The notes under the pieces are model-generated. The model was not told the origin of the DNA, ran no database searches, and saw nothing but the letters and a program-made list of their open reading frames with translations. A DNA stretch of 64,000 nt from Octopus sinensis (lineage: Eukaryota): assembly GCF_006345805.1 (NCBI RefSeq), contig NC_043020.1, positions 22,692,001 to 22,756,000 of the forward strand, read 5' to 3'. Position 1 is the first letter of the stretch; every line of letters begins with the position of its first letter. Positions 60,161 to 64,000 of the stretch are shown here, one piece after another. Position numbers and translations under genes: made by a program.

Positions 60161-60394
60161 TGAATAGAAAATATAAAGCAAAAAAAAGGTGACAAAATAT
60201 ACAATTGATAACCTTGAGTGAATGTCAAAATAATAATTCAATTGTGCTAGATCAAACGAATTATGTGTGTGTGTGCATGTATGTGTGTGTATGTCTGTAT
60301 GTGTGTGTGCATGTGTGTGTGTGTGCGCGCATGATTGTATATACATTTATTCATTCATATATATATATATATAATACATATATATAATATATAT

Positions 60395-60442
<48 letters not shown>

Positions 60443-60840
60443 GAAAGCATACATGTGTGTGTGTGTGTGTATGGTCTTTTTTACTGGTTTTTACTGTCTT
60501 ACTGGTTTCAGTCATTGGACTGTGGCCATGCTGGAGTATGACCTTGACACACATTCCATACTGGAGCATGACCTTGAAAACGAAACACTTCTTGTATCAT
60601 TGTAACACCCATTTACAACTAACACGCATTACCAAAACAACAAGGCACACACACACATATACACACAGGAACACGCACACACACACAGCATAAATTCCTG
60701 TTTTCATCATCATCATCCCCATCATCATCATATTCATCGTTTACAGTTTGCTTTCCATCCTGGCATGGGTTAGATGGCTTGACCAGAGATGGTAAGCTGG
60801 AGAGCTGCAACAGGTTCCAGTCTGATTTGGCATGGTTTCT

Positions 60841-61421
60841 TATTTCTTTATTGCTCACGAGGGGCCAAACTTAGAGGAGACAAACAAGGACAGACAAAGG
60901 GATTATGTCAATTACATCGATCCCAGTGTGTAACTGGTACTTAATTTATCGACCCCAAAAGGATGAAAGGCAAAGTCTACCTCGGCAGAATTTGAACTCA
61001 GAATGGAAAGACAGACGAAATACCTATTTCTTTACTACCCACAAGGGGCTAAACATAGAGGGGACAAACAAGGACAGACAAAAGGATTAAGTAATCATAT
61101 CGACCCCAGTGCATAACTGGTACTTATTTAATCGACCCTGAAAGGATGAAAGGCAAAGTCAACCTCAGCGGAATTTGAACTCAGAAAGTAATGGCAGACT
61201 TAATACCTATTTCTTTACTACCCACAAGGGGCTAAACACAGAGGGGACAAACAAGGACAGACAAACGGATTAAGTCGATTATATCGACTCCAGTGCATAA
61301 CTGGTACTTATCTAATCGACCCTGAAAGGATGAAAGGCAAAGTCGACCTCGGCGGAATTTGAACTTAGAATGTAACGGCAGACAAAATACCACTAAGCAT
61401 TTGACCCACCGTGCTAACATT
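60841..61421 (-). mobile_element. SINE-B tandem array (one head, three bodies) inserted in a SINE-C
   Basis: Junctions end at 61024 and 61207. Imperfect 20-bp TSD at 60821-60840 / 61422-61441. Confidence 0.85.
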
Positions 61422-62210
61422 TCAGATTTGGCATGATTTCTATTGCTGGATGCCCTTCCTAACACCAACTACTCCAAGCAAGAGTGTGATTGGTGCTTTT
61501 TATATGCTGCCAGCACAGGTACCAATTATGCGACACCAGCACTGTCCCCCCACCAACTATAATCTCACTTGGCTTGACAAATCTTCTCAAGCATAACATA
61601 TCATAAAAGGTCTTGGTTGATTATCATTGCCTCCATGAGGCCCAGTGTTTGAAGGGTGCTTTTTAGATGCCACCTGCATGGGTGCCTGTTATGTGATACC
61701 AGCATCAGCCACAACTACATTTTTTCTTGTCATTTAATTCCTTATATGCTCTGTACTCAACTAATGCTTTTTTTCAGAAGCTCACATATATATATAAAGG
61801 ATGAATTCATTTAAAAAATTTTATCGGTGGCCAGCGTTGAAACATTTAGCATCTATTTTCAGCATATAGGCTAGAAATTTGTTTCTATGCCCTTAATCAT
61901 AATTATATATATATATAGATAGATCGATCGATATAGATATAGATATTTCGTTTTTGGATTTGGTTTGCAAGATTCTTTATGAGAGTTCATGTGTTGAAAC
62001 ATATTCTGTTTGTGTCTGGGGAGAGTCATTTTCTTCTTGTGCCTTATTATTTAACAAGCTCACCGGTAAAAGAGTCAAGACTATTGAAAAGGTTGCAAGA
62101 TGCAATGAAAATTTTAGGAAAATAAAAATAAGAAATAAGTGGAAATTTTACCGGTGAGTGTGTTAAATTATAAGACACAAAAAGAAAATGACTCTGCCCA
62201 GACACAACAG

Positions 62211-62252
<42 letters not shown>

Positions 62253-62274
62253 TATATGTATACATATATAAATA

Positions 62275-62575
62275 CAGTGTACATTTAAACACATAAGAGG
62301 TATCTATCATAGGATTCCTGGCATGCTAGAAAGAATAGCCAAACCACTATTAGGGATAAAACTTCAAAGGGAATGAAAAATAAAAAAAACATTTACCATC
62401 TATCTCCGGGACCATAGTTTCTGACTTTTTTAGCAAATAAAATAATTTGCTAGGCTTAGTCTTCTTCAACAGGTATGCCTGTGTTATACCTAATAGTGGT
62501 TTGGACTTTGGCTGTTCCTTCTAGCATGCTAAGAATCCTATGACGGATACCTCTTATGTGTTTACATGTACACTG
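62275..62575. mobile_element. Tc1/mariner-type MITE, ~85-bp TIRs, TA TSD
   Basis: TA|CAGTGTACAT...AAGAGGTATC inverted at the right end as ..TACACTG|TA. Confidence 0.8.
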
Positions 62576-63089
62576 TATTTATATAATATATAGTCTATTG
62601 ACTAATTTTTCTATACGCTAAGCTACTGGTAGTAAAAATTTCTAAAATCTTTATTACCCTGATATTATATATATATATAGTCTAATAATGGGGCATATAA
62701 GCCCATGTCAGAAAAAAGTAGGCTTTCCAGCATGCATGGTACTTGAACCCACACATGGGAAAGCTTACTTTTTATGTCAAGGTCCTATATGCTCCATTAT
62801 TAGACTATTTTCCTTAGTCATTTGCACAGTGATTGCTATAAGCTTTAGGCTTATAAAAAAATACCGTTATTATTATTTGCCAAATTTTAAAACTTGACAC
62901 CACTTAACAAAACCATTCGCACTGAAAAAATATATATTATATATATATATATATTATATATATATTATATATATATATTATATATATTATTATATATATA
63001 TATTATATATATAATATATATATATATATATATTATATAATATATATGGTGTTGTGTGTGGTGTGTGTGTGTGTGGTGTGTGTGTGTGT

Positions 63090-63390
63090 AAAAAGCACCA
63101 TCCGAGTGTGGCCGATGCCAGCGCCGCCACTTCCGTGCCGGTGGCACATTAAAAGCACCAACCGATCGTGGCCGCTGCCAGACTCCCCTGGCACCTGTGC
63201 CGGTGGCACGTAAAAAGCACCCACTACACTCTCGGAGTGGTTGGCGTTAGGAAGGGCATCCAGCTGTAGAAACATTGCCAGATCAGACTGGAGCCTGGTG
63301 CAGCCTCCTGGCTTCCCAGACCCCGGTCGAACCGTCCAACCCATGCTAGCGCGGAAAACAGACGTTAAACAATGATGATGATGATGATGT
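63090..63390 (+). mobile_element. SINE-C with three internal ~60-bp units
   Basis: AAAAGCACC-containing units, core and GAT tail. Confidence 0.8.
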
Positions 63391-63480
63391 ATTTATGTAT
63401 GTATGTATATTGAGTTTAGTTCTCACATCAGGTTATTAGTATCATTATGTCTAAGCAAAATACTAACATAATATATGTAT

Positions 63481-63515
<35 letters not shown>

Positions 63516-64000
63516 AACATTAAGTTAGTTAAAATATGTCTGTGATATATTTCAGCTTCTTAAGACAAATTCACTGTTGCTACCATGAAAAAAAAAAAAA
63601 CTCTATTATTATAGAGGAGATTGAACCTAGAAAGTTCCCCTCCAAGGTATAAGTCTGGGAAAGGTTTTTTATGGAAGATCAGCAGTCATCCATGCATACC
63701 AGCCTCCCCTCTATATGCCACCGATGTTATCCAAGGAATGGCAAAGACTGATACAGCTTGGCACCTGTGACATCGCAACTCATTTCTACAGCTGAGTTAA
63801 CTGGAGGAATGCCAAAAAAGTGTCTTGCTCAAGAACACACATCGTGGTCCAGGAATCGAACTCTCTACCTCATGATTGTGAGCCCGACGCTCTAAAACGG
63901 TGTGAAAACACATTATCTGCTCAATGTTGCCCTTGTCAGATTCTCAAACACAGTGTTCCTAGCTCTTTGGGCCATTATCAATGGGGAAATACCAATGAGA

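Overview
Eukaryotic, AT-rich, repeat-dense genomic DNA, most likely from an octopus. The organism is an inference from the SINE families, the heavy microsatellite load and the clustered single-exon C2H2 zinc-finger arrays. The left half (1-34 kb) is a C2H2-ZNF cluster with four zinc-finger ORFs: 5390-5938(-), 12228-13040(+), 22815-23582(+) and 30567-31583(+). Three of them are paralogues that share a 5' module and 3' flanks, and each has been hit by a different transposon at the start of its main exon. At 35058-40424(-) lies a full-length L1/Tx1-like LINE with an intact 1134-aa endonuclease-RT ORF2. The main finding is that this LINE sits inside the tRNA-like head of a SINE (called SINE-B here) with a 16-bp target-site duplication, and its last ~32 nt match that SINE's tail. 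The same site forms the junction of several 'one head, many bodies' SINE arrays in the window, which suggests a self-targeting LINE/SINE pair. The right third (43-64 kb) is mostly microsatellite with relics of Penelope-like, mariner, RTE, R4/Dong-like and CR1-group elements, small hairpin MITEs, one hammerhead-ribozyme candidate and a 100-N assembly gap. SINE-A to SINE-E are working labels only. No searches were run; family assignments come from motif recognition, and many repeat boundaries are approximate.
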